A DNA stretch of 64,000 nt, taken from contig OZ316891.1 in the NCBI GenBank assembly GCA_973895155.1, positions 30,325,112 through 30,389,111 of the forward strand, read 5' to 3'. This DNA comes from Marsupella aquatica (lineage: Eukaryota; Plantae; Marchantiophyta). Below are positions 51,501-63,542 of this stretch, in pieces. Under the pieces are notes generated by a model that searched no databases, was not told the DNA's origin, and worked only from the letters and a program-made list of their open reading frames with translations. Each line of letters begins with the position of its first letter. Positions within the stretch are counted from its first letter, which is position 1. The position numbers and the translations under genes are program-made.

Positions 51501-52925
51501 CTGATGAATATGCCGGGCCCTCAGCTTTATGCAGATGACACGTGGCGGCAGCAAAGAAATCCGGAAAAATGGGCCCTTAAAAACGTAAACCTGGGCCCCC
51601 CCTTAAGTGTATACATCGGCCCTTTTAAATGTATAAACATGGGGCCTGGTTAAGTGTATACATCGGCCCCGATGTGGACCTAGAAACTGACGGAAGGCAC
51701 GCGTCGACGGGGAAGAAAAATCAGGTGGGGACCGGCAGCCGAGCGAGTGTGTATACATCGGCGTGAAGGCCAGGAAGAAAAAGGGGCCGGAAGCAGTCGC
51801 GGCCGGAAAGAAATCGCATGTGGCAGGATCGGGGGTTCAGTAAATGCAGGCACTGACAATCCGGTGGCGAATGGAGAAGCGGAGAAACGGGCTCCTTTAA
51901 TGGGCTCGAGCCCTGCATAGGGCTTCACTCCCCCTCTCCTTATGAGCTCCCAAAGAGGTGGGGGCTACGAGCTCCCCCTCCCCTCTTAAATTCTTCATAG
52001 GGCCTCGTGCCCTCTCCTTCGCATGCTTGTGGCAGGGCTTCTCCAGGACTCCCAAAAATTTACTCCTCCCCACTTAATGCTACCTAGGGCTTGGTGCTCT
52101 CTCTCTCATTGTCGCTCCTCCTCCTCCTTTAGTGCTGCCTAGGGCCTTGAGCCCTCCTTTCGCTTCCCCCTCCCCCCTTAATACTGCTGGATGGGCTTTG
52201 TGAGTCTGTGCCCTACAGGAGGACTCCCGAGAGAGGGAGTTGAATGTACTCCCCCTCCCCCTTTAATGCAGCATAGGGCCTCGTGCCCTCTCCTGGCACT
52301 CGCCCCCTTACTCTCCGTGGCTTGTGCTTGGCTCCCCCTCCTTTCCTCGCGCTTATGCTCCTGCTCGGCTCCCCCTCTCCTCGCACTTAATTAAATGCTG
52401 GCAGAAATGAGAGGGCACGATGCCCTATGCGCAGCCTGCCTCATGCGAGTTGTCGACAGCAAGGCGAAGGAAAGAAAAATAGCTAGAAAAGGGAGGCGCA
52501 CAGAAAAACGACGGCCGGTGAGGAGAGAAAGGAAAACCTCGGGAGTGGGTAACATGGGCGTGCGGCCCTATGTGCGTGGTCGCCCCCTCGGCCATGTGCA
52601 TACACAAAGGTGCGGCCTCCGGCTGCCAGGCGGCAAGAAAAGAAGGATCAAGAGAAGGGGCAAAAAGCCCCCCTGAAAATGCAAAACCTCCCGGAAAGTG
52701 AGAAGCGCTCCCCTCGTCTCCTCTTGGGTGTACTCCGCTGGTCCGCAAATTTAAGTGTATACACATAAGTGATGTGTATACAAAGAAAAATCTAACTCTA
52801 ACTCCATCACTAGATTTTTCTTCAAAGAAATTGCACTGTTGTCGACGGAAAGTGTTGACCGTCGCGAGCAATTGAGAAACACAACGTTTCTGATCTTCTT
52901 CCCTTCACTCAACAGTTCTTCTTGA

Positions 52926-53284
52926 ATAAAAGGTGTAAGAGAAACAATCGTACTGAAATCGAATCAAAAACCGGCGGGATGCCAAGATCGGCCGGGAGCA
53001 TCTAACGAATCACTGTGTGAATCCCGTGTACGGAACTGACGAGCACTGTCTGAGCTCTGTCAACAGCGATTCAAGAAGAACTGAAAACCGACAAAGAGAA
53101 ACACACCCTAAATAGATCAAGTCAAGGCGTCACACTAACAAGCACGTTTTGCTTCAAGAACGGCCCAGACTTGCTACAAGAACATGACACTAACTCAAGT
53201 AGTACACTAGCCCTAACTACATACCTAGCGGGCATGCGAGGGACATGCCGATGTGCACAAGCGGCACTGTCCCTCGGCATGACA
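52926..53284 (-). repeat. 5' repeat A1 of the retroelement, containing a putative promoter
   Basis: Near-identical to 47353-47712. TATTTAG on the minus strand at 53114-53108. Confidence 0.9.
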
Positions 53285-54889
53285 ACCTCGACCACTAATC
53301 AAGAAAAGCTCTTGAAATGAAAGAAGTTGTGCCCTGAGTATGATAAGCATGTCACAGTACTAGGATCACACATTTGAAAAAAAAGACATTTACACATGTT
53401 TTGCGCAACACTTGTTAGGAATTGACATGGTGTTTTTAATTGTAATTAGTTTGGCTTTACCAGGGTTTGTTAACCCTAGATTAGTTCTCTGATTAGTTTA
53501 GGATAAGAGGCACTCATTTAGGCTCAAAAATCTTAGTTGCCCTTGGGATGTTTAGGTTGGAGGAAGAACATTATTCTTCACACGTACCCCTTCATTCGAT
53601 GAATCCTTCAAGAGTTTCTCCATCATGGTGTTGTGTCACAATAGTGATTGAGATTGACTGCTCTCTCATGTTCCACTTATTTGGTGCCTAGTCCAAGCCG
53701 TCCAGTTTCTTACAACACTATCTATGTAAATTGCTATTATTAGGATCTACATCTACTATTGTGAAAATTTGCTATCTACATTTTGTAGCAATGTCAGTGC
53801 AAAATGCTTAGCATAAAGTAGGGATAGTCATGGTATGACAATGTTGCAATTGATTGCTTCACTGCAAGGAGTTTGCAAAACGTGTTAAAGTTGTGAAATA
53901 GGCTGGATGGTAAATATTGTGAAGTAGCATGGGAGAAAATGGAATGGAACAAAGGAGTTCCACAAATTGACCTAAAATTTGTAATGAATACTATAATTCT
54001 GGTTAGATCTGGCCAAAATATTTAGTGAAATTTGTGGTCAAAATAGTTATAGAGTTCTAAACTGAGATAGGTAATCCAGGCTGTGCTAATTAAGATAAGT
54101 ATTAAGTTGCACAAATACACAGCATTTGAATGCTTAGACTTCAAGTGCAAACCTTGCCCCTTAGGCATCAACTATAAAAGATTGTAAGCACGACATGCAA
54201 TTTGAAATGTGTATTTTGATACTATTTGAATTTTTTAAAAATAACATAAGAAGTAACAGAATGTAATCCTAATATACCCCTAAACCCCAAATTGTATTCC
54301 TTATTATATAGATTTTATAAAGCTAAATAGGCCATTTAAATTTCAAACTGTAATAATTATTGAATATCTTCTGTTAGATATAGAGGAAGATATAGAATGT
54401 CAAAATTAGTTGCTCAAAAATAATTATTAAATATCTTCTGTTAGATATCGAGAAAGATATAGAATTTGCTCAAAAACTTTCAGAATATTATTGAGAACTA
54501 CAAATTTCCAAAGATGACATACTTTCCAATGAACCTAACATCTTCAAGTTTAGTTGAGACCAACAAATTTCCAAAGAGAGTTTTCTTGTCACATTTCAGG
54601 CATCAGTGTCACATTTCAGGCATAGGTGTGATATGTACCATGTTAGCAGAAATTAGTTTGTGGACCCCCATCTGTTTTGAATTGAATGAGATTGAAAAGT
54701 AGATAGATATTGATATAAATAAATTATGTGTTAAAAATTAGATAGTTATTGATATAGATAAATGTGTTATACAATATTGATATGTGTTGGACAATGGGTA
54801 TCTTTATTGGGACTAGTCAATTTGTTTTTGCATGGCACACCATAGTGTTCTGAAAAATAAAATTATGTACTACATCATGGAAACAACTG

Positions 54890-57800
54890 TCACATCACGT
54901 TGAATTTCCGCTTGGATGTAGTGGATTCTTCCATTGTTGTTTGGGCAGGGACGTTGGATAGCAGCCCCTGGTTGCTACTCCTCCTCAGTCTGTCGATCAG
55001 GGACTGAGATTGTTGATGTGTCAGCCCTACCAGCATATCAAGTGGCATCTTGAAATCATGCCTCAATGTGGTCAGTTGCTCTAAACGAGCTCCCTTTGTG
55101 ACCTGGATGTACTCAAGCATCCCGTCCTTGTAAGTGAGCTGGTCTTCCTCAAAAGGAAATGCCATGTACCTAAGAATCTCCTTCATGACATCTGCATTTA
55201 TTTTCAACACGGAGTTAGTGCTTAATGTGCACATGAGATGGTTTAATTCATTTTTTGGGGGGGTTTTCTCTTTGTGCTTACCAGTCGCTGGTTTATCTCC
55301 ACAATGGTCGTAGAAGTCGGCCTTGAACACTTTCCTCTCTTCGATTGTTTTTGACAGTTCTCTCCTGTTGATCCCGTTTAGCATCTCAGTTGTCTCGATT
55401 CCGAGACCGTTGCCGAAAGAAATTTGTTTAGCCGTTACCTCCAAGTTCTCTGTCTTGAAGTCATCCGATGGCAGCTCTCTGATGATCATCCTTGCCATTT
55501 CTACGGCTGTCATGGGTTGCACAGGAAAGATGTGAACAATCTCTTAGAACAATAGTGCCCGTCAATGTTAATGAATCTTGCAACTTTTGTATCATCATTT
55601 CATTATCGCTTGCATCAACAAGGTGAAGTATAAAGTGGACACTCTTTACCTGAACTGATGTCGGAGTAGCGTTTGTCAGATTGCTATTTGCGCCTGTCAT
55701 TGTTTCTCGTGGTTGTTGTGATGCCTTGGCTGCCTTGTTGCCTTGGTGGTCGACATCTGCTTGTTGAACATGACGAATGGATAAGTGGAACACTTTGAAG
55801 TCCGACGGCGTAAGATCTCCAACAATGCGCATGAATGCTCTATTTGTGATCATACTCAACATAACGTACACCAGGCCCGGTGTGAATGCACTGTTTATTT
55901 CTAGCACGACCTTGCCCGCTATTGTGCAACCTTGGCTTTTGTGACCTGTTATGGCGTATCCCAACATGAGTGGGAAAGTGGATTTGCGATGGGTTTGCTT
56001 TCCCGAGATGAACTTCTTCTCATGAACCGTGCGATTGATCTTTACGAGGCAGTGGTTGGAAGACATTCTCACAAAAATCGACATTTTGCCTTCGGCTTCT
56101 ATAGTGATTTTCTCCACAATTTTGCCGTTGCCGTTCACGGCCTGCTTGGAGAGGTCGATGTTGTGTGTTAGAATCACCTTGCATCCAATTGTAACGTTTG
56201 TCAGTGTGTGGAAGGAGGGATCTTGTATCCAAGGTTGGGTGGATTCGTCTGAAGGGGCATTGGTGAGTATTGGGACGGACACGATCTCTTGGCGGGGAAA
56301 ATATCTCTGTAATGCACGTTCGTTGTAGTTGTCGACTGTTTCTCTATGTGTGCATATCACGGTCATCAAGGCGTCTATGAAATCATGGAATCTTGTTTGG
56401 ACACGTAACATCGTCCCAGGCACGCATCGATCGATTCTTGGGTAGGGAGGTTTGTGCGGGTGTTGTTAAGGAACTCCATGAACTCCCTGTCTGTGGTCTG
56501 TTTGAGCACAGTGCTGAGGTGAAATTTCTGCATGGTCTCAAAATATGGCGACGACGAGAGGTGGCACGACCTGCATATGTCATTGGTGTGGTGGGTGCAA
56601 ACTGGAGGCAATTGGCACATGTCTCCGACCAGGATGATCATCTTATTTTGGAACGGGTTGGATGAGCAATGCTCGTCTTGGAGTGTCTTGTGTAGTCTTG
56701 TGGAGACGCAACGCAGCAGTTTGGGTGTCAACATGCTCGCCTCATCTATGATGAACACATCATTGTTCCTCAAGAGGTGGTATTGGGGACTGGTGATGTG
56801 CAGAGGTCTGAGCTCTCAGTGTATTGGAATGCTGAACAAGGAATGCATTGTCACCACGTCGACATGAAGGTTTATGGCAGCCACGCCCGTGGTGGCATAC
56901 CTCTTCACCTTCCTCCCTTTCGATGTCAAGTATTTGTTAATGTACGAGATGAAGAAAGTCTTGCCGAATCCCGGATTTCCATCGATCATGAACAGATCGC
57001 TCTTGACATCCTTGAGGGTCTCAAACACTTTGATTTGCTCCGAAGTCAAGTTGACGGTCGGGAGAGTTTTGTCGTTGAGCACCGGGCCGATCGGTTCCTC
57101 TACAGCGATGGTGGGGACCGCTTGGAATGTGGTCGAGTCGTTGAAAATTTGGTGGGGAAGCTTTTCATTCAGCTCCTATAGCAGGTGGGATGTGTGGTGG
57201 GTGGAGTAGAGGTGCGATGCGCAATACTCAAGCACCAACTTGTGTATGTTGTCGACGTTGGTTATCAACTTGCGGTGTATGCACTCGTGCAAGTAACTCC
57301 ACGTCTCGCTTATGGGCCTGAGGAGAATCTTGCCTTCTGCACGGAATCTCATGACCTTCAGGAGGTAGTTGTAGAAGAAGCCGTTCATCTTGTATACTAG
57401 ATGATACTCCAAAAATTGCACGAGCCGATCCATCGGATACACAAAATTGTCTTGCAAATCCCTACCGACGTAGTCTTTGGTGTTGTTTTTCTTATTGGTT
57501 AGGACCTCGTGGTTGGTGAAGTAGTCGTAGAAAGACATTGCAAACATGTCCTCGGGCCTCTATGCGTAGAGTCTGGTGGGATGCAAACATATCCCCGAGG
57601 ACTTTCGGTAGATGGCGGACCTCAATTCCAGAGGCGACGAGTCCATGAAGGCCACTGTCTCTGAGCGATGGATGATGTTGATTTTGAGGCATGTCAAGGC
57701 CGCCTCCGCGGCGCACACGCTCCGAGATAGGACGGCTCCGCTGACGAGCTTGAGTTGGACTTTAGACAATTCCACGAGTCCTAGAGTGCGCGCATCGTTC

Positions 57801-58100
57801 GCATTAAGCTGGAGTGATCCTAGGGGCTCGCATTTGATCGCGTACTTGAGCAAATAGAATGACCAGGCCGCGTTTGTGACGCGTTGCAAGTTCATGTGGG
57901 CGCCCCACAACAGCAACACGAGCAGGTGGTATGGCACAACGTTTCAGTGGTGGTCGCTTGGCGTGTGGTACCTCCATTTCCCCGTGGTGGGGTTGATGGC
58001 CGCATCTTTGTTGAGGTGAGTTTCTTGGGGGAAACCCAACTTGCAGTACTTGAGATGTGTGCGTCAAAAGAAATCAAAATCCATCCATCTTGAACTGGAC
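54890..58100 (-). mobile_element. Decayed Helitron (Helitron2/Helentron-like) Rep C-terminus plus Pif1 helicase
   Basis: Rep: CKLGFP...NVVPYH..LLLWGAHMNLQ...YLLKY. Pif1 motifs: GNPGFGKT, IIDEASML, LVGDMCQLPPV, FPLMLGYAITGHKSQG, GLVYVMLS. The coding region is split by stops and frameshifts. Confidence 0.88.
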
Positions 58101-58102
58101 AA

Positions 58103-58311
58103 CCGCTATTACAATGAGCCCAAGCCTCCAGTGATTGAGACATTAATCCTGGCAACAATGCTCGGCAGCGCACGACATTTGGTGAACACCCATAAACTCA
58201 CAACTATCCGTTATTACAATGAAGCCCAAGCCTCCAATGATTGAGACATTAATCCGGGCAACAACGCTTGGCGGCGCACGACATTTGGTGAACACCCATA
58301 AACTCACAACT
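58103..58311 (+). repeat. 105-bp tandem duplication at the broken 5' edge of the Helitron ORF
   Basis: CCG.TATTACAATGA.GCCCAAGCCTCCA...CCCATAAACTCACAACT starts at 58103 and 58208. Confidence 0.9.
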
Positions 58312-59490
58312 GTCCATTTCAAGTAGATGAGATTTTTCGATCTGACTTAGGATCTCTCTCCATGTCGAGAAGTATAGGTGGAAAGTGTTCCTAGTATAAC
58401 AAATCTTTTAGTAACCATTCATAAAAGTACATGTATTAGATTTGACAACTTAGTACTACAAATCCAGGGCCAGACTTTCCAGACCTTGAACAATCATTGT
58501 AATGTAGTGAGTTATGCCCATTCAATCGATACATATATTCAATGGTAAGAGAGTATGGTCTGATCGATTTTTCTCGTTTGTTTCATGGTTGTCTTTCTTC
58601 TCGAGCAATTCAAGCTATTGTAGTTTTTTTCAGTCCAAGAAATTGAATCATCCATAAATTCTCATTAATTAATTAATATTATTGGTTATTATTTATTGGT
58701 TACGGACCATAAAGAGGATGGGCAATAGGTTGTTCGGGGTTAAAAAATGGTTATGAATCTATGATTTATTAAACATTTTGTTACCTAGAGTAAATTAATT
58801 ATTATTTTTTATATCAAAATTTATGATATAATATCATCAATTTTACCAAAATCATACCACAAACATGAATGTTGAAATAAATTTTGTTTTGTAAACCAAT
58901 ATGTACCTGTTTGCGACATATCTCGATGATGTGGCGCACTATGGTGCCAAGAAATTTGGAAAGGACCTCTAGTGGGGTTCGTAAAGAGGGTTATGCTGCA
59001 ATCCATCCCAGTTGCTAAAATCTGTCTCAGCTTTTAGGCAAATGTGGAGGTCCATGGTAGCTTCAGATTCATCGTACTTGTGGGAAATCAATCCCATAAT
59101 TTGTTGATTTGTAAGCTTTGAGAACTAACGTCAAGAGATCTTCTTAAAAATAACGAAACACACCATCCCTCTCGGAATTCTGAACCTAGTTGTCGGGCTA
59201 TCACCATCTTGATATTTGTACACATGACCGCCGTAACAAAAACTGCAAAACGAGCACTTGGTGATACCTCACTCACCTAAGCTTACCAGCACTAATTTCT
59301 ACTTCAATTTAGTGTCTGGATCTGCGTTTGTTAGAGCTCACTCACCTGTGTGCATTCTCACCAATGGATACAAATCGACTCACCTGAATTTCGGCTTCTC
59401 GCAAGAAGGTTTGATTCTGGGACTCCTATCGACAACAGTATACAGGATCACAATCTGAGATTTTGTTATAGTAATTTGTGAGGGCTACCA

Positions 59491-62400
59491 CTACACCCAT
59501 GCTTGCCATCCAGTCCATATTCGTCCAAGGAGGTTTGGATCTATGGCCTGATCAATGAGGCAATCCACCTGTTCCTGAACTGACCGGCATTTCTCCCCGG
59601 TGATGCGGGCTCGGACATTCCGACTAGGGCTGCCCCGCACTATGGCTTCAAGCGCAGGCAAGTAAGGCTTGTTGGCATGTAAGGAGGATTGAAGTTCAGC
59701 AATTGTAATAGCAGCTGGGTTCCAGAGCTCAAGCTTTCTCTGAGCATTCGAGACCTTCAGCTCAACATACTGTTGCTCAAGGTTTGCCTCCATTTCATCA
59801 GACCCACTTTGCTTCTCTCGAATGCTGTTTGTCTTCATGGCCTCATTTTTCCAATCCACCAAAGGCTCCTTAACGAAAACGTCCATCACTGCAGAGATTA
59901 TGTCTCTACTTTGATGTAGTGCAGATAATGTGTGCACCATATCAGTTCGCAGCAGTCCAAGGGCATCCAGAGGGAGAAGAAAGTTGGTCAGCTGATTGGT
60001 GAGTCGGAACGGTATAAGTTCTGGGATAGGCAGAAGTATAACGCCAGTCCCAAAGCTGTAACCAAAATCAATCGGGACCAGTGACCCACTTTGCATGTCA
60101 ACTAGACAGTTGGCAAGATGACGGTCCCCAACTCCAGCAATATATCCACATATGCTTACAACCGACAGACTTTTGGCAAACTGTGACCTTAAGGCCAGAT
60201 ACGATTCTGCGCTCGTAGCCCATCTTGCCACTCCTGCCCTGAACGTGTCCCAAGGAAGTTGGGACTGAATCCCGGTCAACATTTGATTGATTTCATCAAA
60301 ACCTGCTTTCTTGTAGAGGTTTGTGAAGCTCTCAAGTAGACTCTTTGACGCCCCCCCCCTTCTTTGTACCCAATCCTGGTGTAGGGCCCTCAACTTTAGA
60401 AGGAATCCCGTGGCTGCATCCTTTCCTTCCTGAGCTAATTGAGGAAGCTTGGAAATGAGCCCATCCTTCACGACATCCTCTAAAACACAAGTGTTCTCCA
60501 CAAACTGTAGCAGCCCACAAGATTTCGAGACGGGAACTACAGCGTAAGTTCTTATGGATAAACCTCGGTGAGACGCCGCAGAATTTCTCTGGAGAATGCT
60601 GTTCATAACTTCAAACAGCTGCTCAATCCTTTGATCCAGTCGAATGTCCTCCCCACCCTTTACCACAAACTTGTACTCCTTCTCGTCCGACCCTCTCATA
60701 GTTAAAACTTTTGGTCGTTGTTTCGAACCGAGGGAGATAAGAGTCTGATCAAGTCCCACCAATTTCACATGTGAAAGATGGTTGGGCTCATGAAAACCAT
60801 TGTACTGGCCAGGTATTTCAATTGTGAATTTTGCATCGGATCCACTGGACTCACTCCGAGAGGAAAACGTGCCACTTTCTTGTCGACTGATCGGTGCAGA
60901 TGATGATTGGTCAAACTTAGCCATCCATTTAGATAGATGTGCAAGACTCATAACACCAGTTTGTAGACTTTGTATGGCCTTCTGTAAGTTTGCCATCAAA
61001 TCTTTTACTGCGGCCATGAATCCCTTCTCGTCCATGTGAAGTAGCTTGTGCCCATCATCTCCAAGTGCCTTCTTCACCCGTTTCGACCAATCACGAGCAA
61101 ACTTGCAATTATATTCTCCAGCCTGCCGCGAAGTTTGACACATGCCATCCACGTCAAGGCAGTCTTCCACAAGATCTGCGAACACAGCCTTGGCCATCTC
61201 GCTGTTTGAGGCTGCCAAATAGTTGTTTATTTGAGAAAGTCCATCTCTCAGACGTTGCTCTGGAAAGGTCAGATCTTCCAGAGCTCTGACAAACCCTTGC
61301 ATGTAATCATTCTTCAAAAGTTTTGCCAGCATGAGGGTTCTTTTCTGCCCAACCTGTCCAAAGTCTTTCTCACTCACATGAAACGGAAAATACAGAGAAT
61401 GAGGGTGGAGTCTTGCAATTTCCTCCAGCAGTCTCACAAATAATTTGCCCTCTTCTTGATCCATCACAGCAAGCATTTGGGGTATCCAAGGAATGAATAC
61501 CCAGCTCGGGACTTGTTTGACCTGGTTTGGAAATTCTGGATGTGTTTCAGGATACTGACCAACAAGAGACAAAATCCTCGCAACTCCATGCTGTGCCCGT
61601 AGTGAAGCGTCTAATGTGGCTGCTTTCATCATGTGCTTGACTATCAGTGGAGGGTAAATGGACGCTGGTGGAAGTCCCATAGTGAAGTCTCCTTTCGTAA
61701 TCCCAGCTCTCACATCATTGTTGCACTCTTCATTCTTTGTAGATTTGAGTAGCTCATCACAAAATTGCCCAAACTTGAGAGAAGTTTTTGCTAACCGTCG
61801 TAATGTTCTGGGATCAACAGAAGATTCGTTACCGACACTCTGATTTGTGAAAACCTCTGAATAAGCCGTGTAAGCTGCCCCGAGCAGGGATAAGCACTCC
61901 TTCACGGCGGATGGATTTGGGTCTGTATTAGGCAAGCAACCTAATGTACTCCAAGCAAGCTGGACGGAGGCATTTGCTTCAAGCAATTTGAAACTCATCC
62001 AAATCCTTGAATCTTCCTCAACCCCTGGCTTTCGAGCACTGGATTTGATATAACTTAGAACCTGCACCCCAAACAGAACCAAGAATGGTTCACAACTTCA
62101 GCGATGAAATCTGTAGATATGTAATATCATTAAATCATTTTCTAGCATTGTTCACTGTGTGAACCAAGAAAGCACTGTCAAACTCACATAGTCGATATTA
62201 CCCCAGTTCTACACGACGCGAAGTCGGCACGCAGTTCATGCTGGTTAAGAGTTAGACATCAAAAGGAAGTACCAACCTCATTGAGCATTCGAGGGGCTTT
62301 GCCAGCTTGTACGTTCTGGATACGACTCGCTTTAAGTAATTGGAGCTTCACAAGACCCTTTGTAGACTCGTAGTCTAACTTAACTTGGTTTTGAGACCCT

Positions 62401-63542
62401 TGTCTAGCTGCAATGTACTCCTCCATATACTTCTGCAAATTTAGACACAGTCAAACTCCAGTTTTCGTTCCCTACTTGGCAATTGAGACATCTTCCGCAT
62501 ACAGTCTAAACAGAAAAACGTTTCATAATGTGCACAGCTTGACGGAACAAACCTCAGCGACGCTGTATGCACCCTGCTTTATGTGACTGCTAGCTGCTTG
62601 ACGGAAGATGTGGGCCCTCTCTTCGTCAAGCTTAGAGGCAAATGTTGTCTTGACATCATCTTTCGAGTTTAACTGCTTGTTGACCAGGCCTTGAAATTTA
62701 TGGAAGAAAACCAGTCGATTTTGTACGATGTCTTCCCATACTTCCACATCGTCGTCTCTTGATGAAGGCCAACGATTTCTCCACTCTTGCAATTTCCTAT
62801 TGCAAGAACACAACATCCAGTTTGTACAAGAACAGTTCATATTAATAATTCGGGACGAGAGAGTCCACATCTGCTCAAAGTCCAATTAAATCGTATCCTA
62901 ATAAATTGAAGTACTTCAAGAGTAGAAATACTAATCAACCGAAACGGACTTGTGCTGTGTTTTGACGTTTTATTTTAGTACGAGGAGAAAACCATATTTG
63001 AGAGAGGAATATTCGAATGTCACTGCTATACAACCTCGGAATTTCCGCCAATTGTCGACTAGCCATAATGTCAGTAAATTCGTCCAATTCAGCCATCTTT
63101 TGGAGCTTTTGCAATTGTCGTCGCCTGGCTCCAACTGCCAGAGGGTGGAGCGCTGACCACTGCTTTCTGAAATGCCTGTAACAGTTTGAGAGGAGAAATC
63201 GAGAACGGTCCAGCTGGTCATTCACCACTGCCAATTGTGCCAGCTGTGAACCATAATGCTTCATAAGAACATCTCTCTTACCAGGCTCCTCCAAAGAAGA
63301 TTGGATGAAATCTGTTGCCATAGAACGATAGGTGGCCACTTTGACAGTCCCTCGCATAAACAAACCCAGATACGGCTCTTTCAAATTTGGATCCCAGAGC
63401 CTTCTGAGATCTGGATCTGACGATTCGTCTTCATCTTTTACCTGCTCCACTGTGTCTGCTAATATCAGATCCCACCTATTCAAGTCTGCTAGGCACACTA
63501 AGCGTTGATTATACCAGATGTCTTGCTCTATTTTAGAGACCC
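59491..63542 (-). CDS. PRKDC: DNA-dependent protein kinase catalytic subunit (DNA-PKcs), 3' exons (FAT, PI3K-like kinase, FATC); gene continues upstream
   Basis: Last exon (62061-59491) has GSDEKEYKFVVKGGEDIRLDQRIEQLF, GVGDRHLAN, IDFGYSFG, PELIPFRLT and the FATC end QVDCLIDQAIDPNLLGRIWTGWQAWV*. Further exons lie at 62432-62277, about 62796-62553 and about 63542-63034. Confidence 0.93.

Larger units (their letters stand above)
47179..53284 (-). mobile_element. Ty3/Gypsy-type retrotransposon (DNMT fragment-RT-RH-INT-PHD) with split direct repeats, internally deleted and decayed
   Basis: Outer ends TGTCGTG...CATGACA, with flanks GCCT / ACCT. Repeat A lies at 53284-52926 and 47712-47353; repeat B at 47890-47715 and 47352-47179. 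A G7 PPT-like tract lies at 47897-47891. Confidence 0.88.

Noticed and set aside
47891-52925. Internal region as a Helitron-captured insertion into a tandem repeat
   Set aside because: It starts with TC on the minus strand, but the target is T|A rather than A|T and the terminal hairpin/CTRR is unconvincing. The borders coincide with a PPT-like tract and a self-priming site, as expected for a retroelement's own internal region.
47179-53284. Classification as a DIRS/Ngaro tyrosine-recombinase element
   Set aside because: No tyrosine recombinase motifs are visible. The RT, RH and HHCC/DDE integrase are Ty3/Gypsy-type.
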